Source: Promethearchaeota archaeon (lineage in GTDB: Archaea; Asgardarchaeota; Heimdallarchaeia; Hodarchaeales; Hodarchaeaceae). From it: a stretch of DNA of 64,000 bases. Under the pieces are notes generated by a model. The model ran no database searches. It saw only the letters and a list, made by a program, of their open reading frames with translations, and was not told the origin of the DNA. Of the stretch, positions 1-9,532 are shown in pieces. Both the position numbers and the translations under genes were made by a program. The DNA lies in contig JBHLMN010000002.1 in the NCBI GenBank assembly GCA_048938105.1, positions 128,001-192,000 of the forward strand, written 5' to 3'. Each line of letters opens with the position of its first letter. The first letter of the stretch is position 1.

Positions 1-137
1 ATTAGGCTCTCTCTCCGAATATACATTACCTATTTCCTTCTCTTCTAGTTTAGCTTGGAAATCATAAAATATATCGAGTTAAGCACGGAGTAGAGTTTAC
101 ATAGGATAATATTCAGGAGATAGAATAGATATTATTC

Positions 138-977
138 TTATGATTCTAAGTTTATACTAAGAAAAGTATTTGCAGGGCATGTAAAATAAATGGAATTACC
201 TGCAGGTATGGGTATATATAGATCATCTAATTCTATAATTGATGTACCTTCTTGGAGGTAAATGGCAAAAATTGGCTTTTTTGACTTACAAGTTGTTGTT
301 TTATTATCATTTGGAAGAGAATATAAAGCAATTCTGCCCTCTGTAGCTGCTGTTGATGTATGAAGAGTTGATAAGATAAGATCTCGATTCGTGGCCTTGA
401 ATAAAATCTTAGCCTTGGATTCAGTTACAGCAGCGATTTCTTCCTCACAATAATATTCAATCTTAGATTCTTTAATTACTGGCGAGGGTGGTGGTTTTGC
501 TACTGGTTCAGGAGAGACAGTTGATTTCGATTCAGCTTTGATTGGAGTCCTTGTTTTTACAGAATCTACTTTCTTTAAAGTAGCGGGATGAGTAACAATT
601 TCTGTTGGCATTGGTTCGGGTAGATCAGTAGATATAGAGGGTGGAGAAACCTCTAAAAGAGTATTGGCGCTAATTTCTTTTCCCCCAAGACTTTCAATAA
701 ATTCCCAAAACGCACTAGTTTCATTTCCTTGGTCTTCTGTCGATACTCTATGAGTAAGTCCTCGTTCCATTCTCATTTGGCGAGCAATTTGGGAACTAAT
801 GAATCGTTTTCGAACCGAAGAATTTGAACCTGTCCAAATAAAAATCTGTCGTTTATCCTCATCTAGAAAAATGACAACCTCTGTTTCCTTCAGATCTTTT
901 TCAGGGCTTGTGAATTTAATTGGTATATATTCCCCATCTGGACTTGGGATAAATGCATGTACACTCTGTTCACTCAT
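138..977 (-). CDS. Gelsolin-like domain protein with Pro-rich linker and uncharacterised C-terminal domain
   Basis: N-terminal VVIFLD..QIFIWTG.NSS..KRFIS..IA..M...DQGNET.AFW matches the gelsolin/villin repeat pattern; P/E/K/S-rich linker (PEPVAKPPPSP). Confidence 0.75.
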   Translation of the reverse strand: MSEQSVHAFIPSPDGEYIPIKFTSPEKDLKETEVVIFLDEDKRQIFIWTGSNSSVRKRFISSQIARQMRMERGLTHRVSTEDQGNETSAFWEFIESLGGKEISANTLLEVSPPSISTDLPEPMPTEIVTHPATLKKVDSVKTRTPIKAESKSTVSPEPVAKPPPSPVIKESKIEYYCEEEIAAVTESKAKILFKATNRDLILSTLHTSTAATEGRIALYSLPNDNKTTTCKSKKPIFAIYLQEGTSIIELDDLYIPIPAGNSIYFTCPANTFLSINLES

Positions 978-1300
978 TTTTTTGCCTCTTAATTAACTAA
1001 AAAAATCCTCTCTCTTTAATGTTTTAAATTATATGGTCATTTCACAATGAAAAATTAACTTTGAAAGAATCTCATTTGTTTTTAAAATCACAAAAACATT
1101 AAAGAATCTCATTTTTAAATATATATTTAATTATAAAAGCTAGAAAATTAGATTTATGATGAAACATTGTAGTTAAAATCTTATAATCTGCGATTAAGAT
1201 GGATAACCGGAGAGTAATAAAAAAGTTTATATTATCCAGTTAAAAGGAACAATCTGGCTGGTACTGAGAGGTATTCAAACTATTTGATTTATAAGCTTTT

Positions 1301-1402
1301 GCGGAGGTACCAAAGTGGCTATAACTTCGGATCTAATAGTCCGATTAGCTAAGGAGCAGCCTGCAAAGCTGTATTACGTGTGTTCGAATCACACCCTCCG
1401 CT
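1301..1402 (+). tRNA. tRNA-Cys(GCA) with a non-canonical D-loop intron (about 1324-1351)
   Basis: Acceptor stem GCGGAGG/CCTCCGC, discriminator U (1402), anticodon arm GCAGC-CTGCAAA-GCTGT, T arm GTGTG-TTCGAAT-CACAC; insertion in the D-loop with BHB helix GCTA/TAGC and two TAA bulges. Confidence 0.9.
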
Positions 1403-1467
1403 GTTTCTTTTTATATGATTCGAAAAGCCTATTCTAGATAAAATTTCTTGGCAAGGAGTTATAATCA

Positions 1468-3267
1468 ATGTCTGCCACTCTTTTCGATGTTGTTGTACTT
1501 GATACGAATTTTTTCATTTCTCTAATGAATGCTGGGGTCTCAAATATCTTATTACCTAATTTACAGAAAATCGCGGCATCTGTTGGAATGCTAGTAATGG
1601 TTCCCGAAGAACTCCCGAAAACAGACATACCAGGAAGGTTTCGGGAGTTACGGAGAACAATACCTAGATATATTCAGATGGAACGTGTTAATCGAGCATC
1701 TAAACTTTGGAATCAGACTGCGAGGTATGCGGTTCAAGAGCGAATGGTTCGAGTTAAAGATGACCCAGCTGATATTGATGTTGTGATCTTAGCAAAAAAG
1801 TTCACACTTAAGAATAACAATAAAGTAGCTCTAGTCTCTGACGATGAAGGCGTTGCCCGAATTATTAAGGAAAATCGTGTGTTCAAAGGAATTGATCATC
1901 TTTCTTGTGGTTCTTTTGTTTCTATCCTTGCTGCAGCTGTATCTGATCCTGAAATGCGAGAAATACTCGATCAAACCGTTGAAAGAGTATTTCGTGCTTC
2001 TTGGAGTTATAAGAAAAAAACACGACGGTATATTGATATAGCTATGTTGATAGATGATTTAACTGATACAGCACGGTTTGTGCGGTCTGCTGCACAAGTT
2101 GGAATTGAAACTTCGATTATAGAGGTCGAAGGAGAGGCAGCTGCTTCTCCGCAAGAAGTTGAAATTATAACACCTGAAGATGCTTTGATTATTGCCCAGC
2201 AATTAGTGATTAAGGCAAGGGGAACAAGAGAGAGCTTTAATATTCAGGATGCAGAAGTTGTTCTTATAGAAATCTTGACCAAAAGTTCTGAACTTGTGTA
2301 TTCAATTGATGATCTTGAACAGCGCGTGATTGTTGAACGTCTACTCCGTTCTGAGCTATTTGAACATCATAGTTGGCTTCTAGAGTTCAATTTAACACGA
2401 AATCAAATTATTGAAGCTTTGGTTCACGCAGAAGCCTGTCGTGTTTACATGAATTTTATTTCTGTGGGTAAAGAAGCAATTGAAAACTTGATTTCACTGC
2501 AGGGATTATTATATCTGTTATTAGGCCAATATATTCAAGCTCTTAGATTATTTGAATCAGTTTCCTCAAAAGAGCAGGAAATGTCTCCAACACAGCTACT
2601 TGGTCTTACAGTTTCGTTAATTGCAACCAAAAGACCAAATAATGCTATACTTTTGCTTAAACAAAACCCAGATCTTTTGGATGGTATAATATCTTCTCTA
2701 CATACTTATGCTAATGATTTGTATTCACATGATCAACGTGAGCTTGCAATTGAAGTCTTAAAAACAATCGTGAAGAATTTCAGCGACCGAGAGGAGGTTT
2801 ATCGTTCAATCAAACGTTTGTTCATTTTGACCAGACTACGTTCGGATCTTATAGAACTGGATTTAAAAGTCTTAAGAATATTTAAACAGAAGTTAAAGGA
2901 AAAGGGGAAAGATTTATCGAAAAGAGGTGTCCCTGCAGCTTGGCAAAAAATGCTTCCTCTTGAAATATCCGCTTCCGAAAATGAGGGCTTAGTAGAACAG
3001 TTTAAAGGCTTTTACCATATTCTTGATTTATCCTTAGATCATGAACGTAATGAATTACGCGTTATTGCTTGGAATGAGAGCAATAATTCGACATGGGAGC
3101 TCGTTTTTGATGAGGCATATGAACCTGCTTTGGAAGAAAGCGTGAAAATTAGAATAACATCTGGAACAATTACTAACATCCAACAGGCTGGAAAAAGGGA
3201 AATGTATAGGGGTACATTAGTATTTGAAGATCCTGCGATACAACCAGAATTAATAAAACCATGGTAA
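1468..3267 (+). CDS. PIN-domain protein with TPR-like helical repeats
   Basis: VVVLDTN, DPADIDV and LVSDD PIN acidic motifs in the first ~140 aa; central helical repeats (GLLYLLLGQYIQALRLFE). Confidence 0.7.
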   Translation: MSATLFDVVVLDTNFFISLMNAGVSNILLPNLQKIAASVGMLVMVPEELPKTDIPGRFRELRRTIPRYIQMERVNRASKLWNQTARYAVQERMVRVKDDPADIDVVILAKKFTLKNNNKVALVSDDEGVARIIKENRVFKGIDHLSCGSFVSILAAAVSDPEMREILDQTVERVFRASWSYKKKTRRYIDIAMLIDDLTDTARFVRSAAQVGIETSIIEVEGEAAASPQEVEIITPEDALIIAQQLVIKARGTRESFNIQDAEVVLIEILTKSSELVYSIDDLEQRVIVERLLRSELFEHHSWLLEFNLTRNQIIEALVHAEACRVYMNFISVGKEAIENLISLQGLLYLLLGQYIQALRLFESVSSKEQEMSPTQLLGLTVSLIATKRPNNAILLLKQNPDLLDGIISSLHTYANDLYSHDQRELAIEVLKTIVKNFSDREEVYRSIKRLFILTRLRSDLIELDLKVLRIFKQKLKEKGKDLSKRGVPAAWQKMLPLEISASENEGLVEQFKGFYHILDLSLDHERNELRVIAWNESNNSTWELVFDEAYEPALEESVKIRITSGTITNIQQAGKREMYRGTLVFEDPAIQPELIKPW

Positions 3268-3345
3268 AGGGAGATTTTGATAATTTGTCCCTCTCGTTAA
3301 TTGAAACTCAATTCGATGAATAGATTATACCATTGTAAAATTAGC

Positions 3346-4317
3346 TTAATGCCAGAGTTCTTGGAGTTCTTTTCGTAGTGAAAAAATCGGATCTTTTTCT
3401 AAAAATCTCTTAAGTTGTTTCGAAACGGGGGCTGCGAATTTATGACAATCCATGATCAAGTAAGATATAAATTCTGGTTGGATTATTTCGAAATATCTGT
3501 TCCATACAGTTAAATTAGGTTTTGAAATCTTTGTTATTTCTTTAGGATCTCTATGAGGAATTATGGGGTGCCAATCACTATTGCTGTCAATCATCTCTCT
3601 TAAACAGACTTTAGAAGGTGAGGCAGCTATTATTACTTCCTTTGATTTCGTGTGAAAAAGATGGGCAATTGTTGCTGAACCAATCTTGTTAAGTACTTGG
3701 CCATTTGAATGAATCATATCTGCTCCTAGAACAGCGACTTCGGCCTGTCGTGAAAATTCATTAACCGCGAAATCTATGCCTAGATGAATTTTTTCGAAAC
3801 CTGCATTCGCTAACGAGAGAGCTGTTCGCTCACCTTCTTTTAAAGGTCTGGATTCTAATATGAAAATCTCTTTATCATGATATCCACCCCCAGCTAACTG
3901 TAATAATGCGGTAGTCACGGTTGATGAATGAGAAAAGGTTAAAATAGTATATTTATCCTGTAAGATCTTAGTGAGTGTTTCAATAGTGTTTTTTTCACCA
4001 ATTCTCATTTGTTCTCGTCGTGTGGCAAATATTAACTCTATTGCTGCTTTAGAATCTTCTTTTTGTAGCCCACCAGATTTGATAAACTGTGTGAGCTTTA
4101 GATAAATTGGTAAAAGTGCATTCTCAATCGTTGCCATGGGATGAGTATCTAGTAGTTGTTGGATTGCAGTCTTTAGAATAGAACTGTTAAGTTTATTACC
4201 TAAATTAAGACATTCACGCTTCAAAATAAGTAGAGTAGCTTCTGAAATCTTGGCTGCACCACTCTGTTTGTCATTGTGAACAAATTCTACCTCTTTAAGA
4301 AATGTTTTGGATAACAC
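3346..4317 (-). CDS. eIF-2B alpha/beta/delta family protein (aIF-2B-like / sugar-phosphate isomerase fold)
   Basis: SGA, ILTFSHSSTV, ESRPLKEG, GAD, NKIGS and YFEII motifs. Confidence 0.85.
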   Translation of the reverse strand: MLSKTFLKEVEFVHNDKQSGAAKISEATLLILKRECLNLGNKLNSSILKTAIQQLLDTHPMATIENALLPIYLKLTQFIKSGGLQKEDSKAAIELIFATRREQMRIGEKNTIETLTKILQDKYTILTFSHSSTVTTALLQLAGGGYHDKEIFILESRPLKEGERTALSLANAGFEKIHLGIDFAVNEFSRQAEVAVLGADMIHSNGQVLNKIGSATIAHLFHTKSKEVIIAASPSKVCLREMIDSNSDWHPIIPHRDPKEITKISKPNLTVWNRYFEIIQPEFISYLIMDCHKFAAPVSKQLKRFLEKDPIFSLRKELQELWH

Positions 4318-4531
4318 ATTAGCCCCAGCACTGTACTAAGTAAAAATTTTAATTAAAAATAAGAAAGAATTCATTTCAGAGATCTGAATTTTTGTTTGAT
4401 CAAGATCTCTACAATAATTATAATTTCTTTCCTATTTTTAATCGGACATAAGCACTTTGTTATTTTTGACTGATAACTATTTTAGTCTGATTCTCGTATT
4501 TTCAATAATCTCATTCAACCGAGACTTGTCA

Positions 4532-5218
4532 TCAAATTAATGTTCGAGTATGTACCAAAGTGAAATCTTTTGCCAATTTTCCTAATTCTTGTGCTTTTTT
4601 AACATTTAGATGATAAGGTGAATGGTGGTCACCTAAATTAGTTGCTTCAATATATGCATGGGTTGCATTTCTCAAGAAATTATAGAGATTATCATTCATT
4701 CCAGTGTCTCCAGTGAAAACTAACCATTTTTCTTCATTCTTAAAAATAGCGAATCCTAATGCTGGTATTTCAGATAAGATTCCATGTGAGAGAGTGGATC
4801 CCATATGTTTCATTTGATAAGCAACCACTCTTATTTCATCTGAAATATAAATTTGATCCTTATGCTTAAGGTCACATGATTTCAGTTTAAAAGGAGTAGT
4901 GTCATGATAGGAAGAGATAAATAAATTAATAAGACCTTCAATCTCTTTAGAACCTTTAGGATAATAAATCTCAACTGGTGAGGATTGTCCAACCATTCGC
5001 AAAAAGCCTAGTAATGAAAATAATCCCCCACAATGATCGTAATGTCCATGAGTGAGAAATATATGTAATGGGAAGGACAATGGAAAGGATATTTCTTCTT
5101 TTAAGAGATCTCGGATGATACCGTCACCAATATCTAGTAAAATCATCATCTTCTGTGGTTCTAGAACTAAAATCTGGGTAGCTATTCCAGCACTAGAGTA
5201 TAAAACTTTATGATCCAT
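4532..5218 (-). CDS. MBL-fold metallo-hydrolase, RNase Z-like
   Basis: LLDIGDG, THGHYDHCGG, TGDT, IEAT, YHL and LVH motifs. Confidence 0.8.
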   Translation of the reverse strand: MDHKVLYSSAGIATQILVLEPQKMMILLDIGDGIIRDLLKEEISFPLSFPLHIFLTHGHYDHCGGLFSLLGFLRMVGQSSPVEIYYPKGSKEIEGLINLFISSYHDTTPFKLKSCDLKHKDQIYISDEIRVVAYQMKHMGSTLSHGILSEIPALGFAIFKNEEKWLVFTGDTGMNDNLYNFLRNATHAYIEATNLGDHHSPYHLNVKKAQELGKLAKDFTLVHTRTLI

Positions 5219-5227
5219 TTTAGAACC

Positions 5228-6307
5228 CTAATCAGGGAATGAATCCCAATTAAGAAGCTTTTCAATTAATTGACATCGAAGAAGCACTTCATTTTGAATG
5301 CCTGTTTTTCCACCAAAAAGATCAGTCATATTTTGTATATGTATAATACTCATTAGAACCATCAATGCTAAGTGGAAATTCAGAGGGATATAATTACCAC
5401 GATAATATTTTGACAAAGAAGTTCGTTCATGAGCTAGGACTTCACTATATCCAGATAAAAATGACTTTACGTTCATTCGGAGTTTTGTTAAGGATTTATC
5501 AATACGATATTGATCAACAGCTTCAACAGCAAAAAAATTGCAGATATCTTCTAATCGATCATGTTCTTTAGATGTGTCTAAGTATTCAGGGTCAATAATG
5601 TGAGTTTGAATCATTGGGATTTGACCGATTCGAACATCAAAGATTAAGTTCCCAGGATGAAAGTCTCCAAAGCTTATTGATCCAGATAAATGAGAAGCCT
5701 CTTCTGCTCGAGCCCCTACTTCATCAAAAAGATTTTTCAGCTGGTATTTTGGGTCTTTTGCTATTGGTAGGTTCTCTAAACTCCTTGACAATAACAGTTT
5801 ATATTTGTCAAACCAACAACGATCTGATTCTGAACCATGAAATGCCGCAAGACCACGTCCAGCAAATCGGTATTTTTGAGGTCGAGGGATCTTTGATTCC
5901 CGAAAAACGTCTCCCTGGATTCCCTCCATTACTATCACACTTCTAGAAAAGAAAATGACTGAGGCTGATGAAATTCCAAAATGTGAGTATTTTTTTTGTG
6001 ATAGACGATTTTCAAGGATATTGATTCGTTTGACAACTTCCAATGCAAGTTCTTGTTTATCATAGATTTTAACGGCAATACTGGCTTCATCTGATCCTAA
6101 ATTGCTTTCAAGTTGAACCTTAACGATATGAATTCCTGTAGTGCCCAACTTCCTCTCTACTGTTATATTACGGACTTCAATGGTTTTAGGTGTCTGATGA
6201 TAAGACTTTTCAAGTGCCTTGACGAAATAATCAGAAAATCCTTCGATAATTCGCATTAAAACTACTTTTAAGCGATCTTGATGGGAATCGTTCATGTTAG
6301 TTTTCAT
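5228..6307 (-). CDS. APH/choline-kinase-like phosphotransferase
   Basis: AVK lysine, VME hinge, LAAFH, GDFHPGNLIF catalytic loop and IIDPE metal-binding motif. Confidence 0.75.
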   Translation of the reverse strand: MKTNMNDSHQDRLKVVLMRIIEGFSDYFVKALEKSYHQTPKTIEVRNITVERKLGTTGIHIVKVQLESNLGSDEASIAVKIYDKQELALEVVKRINILENRLSQKKYSHFGISSASVIFFSRSVIVMEGIQGDVFRESKIPRPQKYRFAGRGLAAFHGSESDRCWFDKYKLLLSRSLENLPIAKDPKYQLKNLFDEVGARAEEASHLSGSISFGDFHPGNLIFDVRIGQIPMIQTHIIDPEYLDTSKEHDRLEDICNFFAVEAVDQYRIDKSLTKLRMNVKSFLSGYSEVLAHERTSLSKYYRGNYIPLNFHLALMVLMSIIHIQNMTDLFGGKTGIQNEVLLRCQLIEKLLNWDSFPD

Positions 6308-6386
6308 ACATTCACAGAACTAATAAATATATTTCAATCGTTAATAAAAAAATTACTTGACTATATCTACATTATTCTAAATAATA

Positions 6387-6962
6387 ATGATATTAAACGG
6401 TGAAAAAATAACAATGATACTATCTTACCAAGATATTCTAGCAGCAATTGAAGCTCGTGAGATAATAATAACTCCTTATGATGAATCAGCAGTGGGGCCT
6501 TGTAGTATTGATTTAAAATTAGGTGATACCTTTTTAGTATTCCACCATGGTAGGTTGTTCCGTCCAAACGATCGAAAGGCTATTTTGAAAAACTCAGAGG
6601 TTTTTCGGATTGAAAATGATGAATCATTCCTTTTATCGCCCAATCAGTTTGTTCTCGCCTCCACTCTTGAGAAGATTTCAATATCAAAGAAGTATGCTGC
6701 CACTCTCCAAGGTAAATCCTCAATTGCTAGATTAGGGATCGTAGTACAAGCTGCTGGACTAGTTAATCCAGGAACAGGTCTGAAGGATCCCACAACCCTC
6801 ACACTAGAGATCGCCCACCAAGCTAATTCACCAGTTGAGTTAGTTCCAGGGATGCCAATAATTCAAATAATATTTCATCAATTAACTTCTGAATCAGATG
6901 TTGGATATGATGATAGAGAGAGAAGTATGTATATTGGTCTAGATGCAGAGCCTAGGGTTTGA
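6387..6962 (+). CDS. dcd: dCTP deaminase
   Basis: MILS..DI, PCSIDLKLG, GKSSIARLG, LTLEI and IIQIIF motifs. Confidence 0.9.
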   Translation: MILNGEKITMILSYQDILAAIEAREIIITPYDESAVGPCSIDLKLGDTFLVFHHGRLFRPNDRKAILKNSEVFRIENDESFLLSPNQFVLASTLEKISISKKYAATLQGKSSIARLGIVVQAAGLVNPGTGLKDPTTLTLEIAHQANSPVELVPGMPIIQIIFHQLTSESDVGYDDRERSMYIGLDAEPRV

Positions 6963-7047
6963 AAAAAGAATATATAGAGAGGATTTGAGCGCATTGGCTC
7001 GAATTATTAATGAAGTTGTTATTTACATCACTATTAGGAATCAATAT

Positions 7048-9513
7048 TTAAGTTTTAGATTTATTAATGAATAGATAAAAAATGAAAACTAGAGATATAA
7101 TTAAAACAAGAAAAATAAGAGGATAGGGAAATTCTGGAGTATTTGTCGGTGATTTGATGAAATCCCTTTTTGCCTCAGCGAGCCAGGTTACTGAATTGAA
7201 AATCAGAATACGATTTTGTGTTTTATCTCCAGGGTAAGGGTAACTGGAAAATCCGATATTATCGAAAATTAGATCCGATCCAAAAAGCAGGACTCTTCCT
7301 CCACTAGGGTCTTCATAGGATGCAAGAGTAGGATTTCCATTACATTTTGCAATGACTTGGGTATTATTTCCCTCAGCTTGGATATAATTACCCCAAAATG
7401 GGAAAGAGGGGATATCTGTAGTAAAAACCTGAGGATTAACAATGTCACTTAAGTAAATGTTTCCTGAAAATTCGCTTGTTATTTGGAGGTCAAAAGATTC
7501 AAGAAGCTTATTTAATCCTGTAATATTGAAATATGCTTCATTATTAGCAGGTAGTACCAATACTCCTCCACCCATTTCAACAAAATGTGAAATAGCTTTT
7601 GTAATATTTTCTGATGGAGAAAAATATTCAGGATTTGGATTTACAACCCAATCCATGAACTTATCAGTAGAGTTAGTAAATGGATTTGCCAAGATCAACA
7701 CATCATACTTCAGAAGTTCATTGAGAGTTAGTTTTCCTTTTACATGAGGGACAATACTGTAATTGTGTTCATAAGCTAGGAATTGTGTGAATGCTGAATA
7801 CATATTAATTGTACTGGAAGTATCGCCTTCAATCTCATAAGCAGAAGTTGGATAACCATGTTTAGCTATTCGATTAAAACTCTCATCAAACAAAATCTGA
7901 ACATTGGTTTCACGAATTTCGAATTCTACTATTAATTGAGCATTACTTATATTGATAAATCCTGAAACGCGTTGAGATTTCGTTGATGCTGGTATAGTAA
8001 AATCTATGGGAACTAGGGTTGAATGATTTATGAAATAGAAAGAACTAGAAGTACTAACGAAATCAGATAAAGTTTCTGAAATAGTAATACTGGTATTACA
8101 TTTCCTACTGCTGATTACCGTAAGATTAAACGTTACTAAGCTACCGTTAAATAAGATTTTATAGGGGTCAAAAGGTAATTTTTGAGGATGAAGATACACT
8201 AGATCAGGCGTACCATCTATTTTTTCCGTTGAATTTAAAATCTCTAAAGATCGATTAATACTGATAAAGCCCGCACCTTCCTCCCAGACTGGTCTTCCAA
8301 GTGTTTTCGAACCAGCAAGGAGAGCTGCTTTAATAGTTGCAGATGTATAGGAAATGCCTTCATCTTTAAGATAACCAATGATTAAAGCTGCCGCACCAGC
8401 AACTATTGGGGCTGCAAATGATGTTCCTTGCCCATCAGCTACATTGATGCCAGGAGCGGTAATATCAGGTTTCATAGAATAATCAACCTTTGGTCCTCGT
8501 GATGCAAAATCCCCAATATATGTTCCTGCAATATCACTGGCAGTTGCAGCAATACATTGAAGTGCAGTTGAAGGGTTATTCAATGTCCCTCTGTCGCCAA
8601 GTGAAGTCCCAGAATTACCTACAGAAACACTAAATACGATGTTATATATAATCGAGACATAATTAATAACCTCCTCTCTTAATCCATCTGGTAAATTGTG
8701 ATACTGGCCAAGAGAAATGTTAATCACATCAACAGAGTTGTTGATAAGATAATCAATGGCTTCAAGCAATCCTGCAGTAGTTTCTTCGTTCTTACCTCCA
8801 CCTGCGCCTCTAATATTAGGTTCAATAACTTTTGCACTATAAATTTCAGCCTCAGGAGCTATTCCAGTAGTAGTTCCCGCAGCGACACTGGCAACCTTAG
8901 TTCCATGCCCCATATTATCTTCTGGATCTGAAATATTTTGAGAGTACCCGTTCTTTATGCTTACAAACGATTTACGGCCTTTTATACGCGTTCCAAATGT
9001 TCCTGAAAGAATGTCTATTCCTGTATCAATGATACCTATCTTTACTCCTTGACCTTTAATACCTAAATCGTGTAAAAAACTCGCACCAGTTGTCTCCTTA
9101 AATTTTGCATTTTTACTAATAGAAATGGCGTTCTCCTCTAAAATATTACTAACAGAACTCTTTAGAATTTGGTTAATCTCTATTCGATAGATTTCTTTGT
9201 GATATTGTCTGAAAAAATCTTGTTTAATTAAGGAATTATTAAATTTAATATGAACGATGGGAAAACAAATGTATCTTTTAATAATTAAAGGTTCGTAAGA
9301 TCCTAGATTCGGGATTTTACGATAGAACATTATCAAAAGATCAAGAGAATGGTCATAATTTTTTAGACTATCAAACATTGAATTTTCTAATCTATTATCA
9401 TTCAAAGCTAAATTAGGAGGATATTTTTGTGACAATAGGGGAATGAAAACGTTCATTACGAGGATTAGGAGACAAAATTGTGAAAATCTAGATTTGTGAA
9501 GCATATCTTTCAT
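7048..9513 (-). CDS. Membrane-anchored S8 subtilase with GIFT/DUF4350-like domain (site-1-protease-like)
   Basis: Triad DTG/HGT/GTSFA and oxyanion GNSG; N-terminal hydrophobic segment; C-terminal ILFDES..YDVLILANP..GGGVLV domain and TM helix. Start moved to ATG 9513 because the ORF-track start at 9561 overlaps the upstream gene. Confidence 0.85.
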   Translation of the reverse strand: MKDMLHKSRFSQFCLLILVMNVFIPLLSQKYPPNLALNDNRLENSMFDSLKNYDHSLDLLIMFYRKIPNLGSYEPLIIKRYICFPIVHIKFNNSLIKQDFFRQYHKEIYRIEINQILKSSVSNILEENAISISKNAKFKETTGASFLHDLGIKGQGVKIGIIDTGIDILSGTFGTRIKGRKSFVSIKNGYSQNISDPEDNMGHGTKVASVAAGTTTGIAPEAEIYSAKVIEPNIRGAGGGKNEETTAGLLEAIDYLINNSVDVINISLGQYHNLPDGLREEVINYVSIIYNIVFSVSVGNSGTSLGDRGTLNNPSTALQCIAATASDIAGTYIGDFASRGPKVDYSMKPDITAPGINVADGQGTSFAAPIVAGAAALIIGYLKDEGISYTSATIKAALLAGSKTLGRPVWEEGAGFISINRSLEILNSTEKIDGTPDLVYLHPQKLPFDPYKILFNGSLVTFNLTVISSRKCNTSITISETLSDFVSTSSSFYFINHSTLVPIDFTIPASTKSQRVSGFINISNAQLIVEFEIRETNVQILFDESFNRIAKHGYPTSAYEIEGDTSSTINMYSAFTQFLAYEHNYSIVPHVKGKLTLNELLKYDVLILANPFTNSTDKFMDWVVNPNPEYFSPSENITKAISHFVEMGGGVLVLPANNEAYFNITGLNKLLESFDLQITSEFSGNIYLSDIVNPQVFTTDIPSFPFWGNYIQAEGNNTQVIAKCNGNPTLASYEDPSGGRVLLFGSDLIFDNIGFSSYPYPGDKTQNRILIFNSVTWLAEAKRDFIKSPTNTPEFPYPLIFLVLIISLVFIFYLFINKSKT

Positions 9514-9532
9514 TCCATGAACACAAAAGGTT

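Noticed and set aside
4320-4531. Frameshifted C-terminal extension of the MBL hydrolase (DDKSRLNEIIENTRIRLK)
   Set aside because: Short, no slippery site, and all catalytic motifs are already within the called ORF
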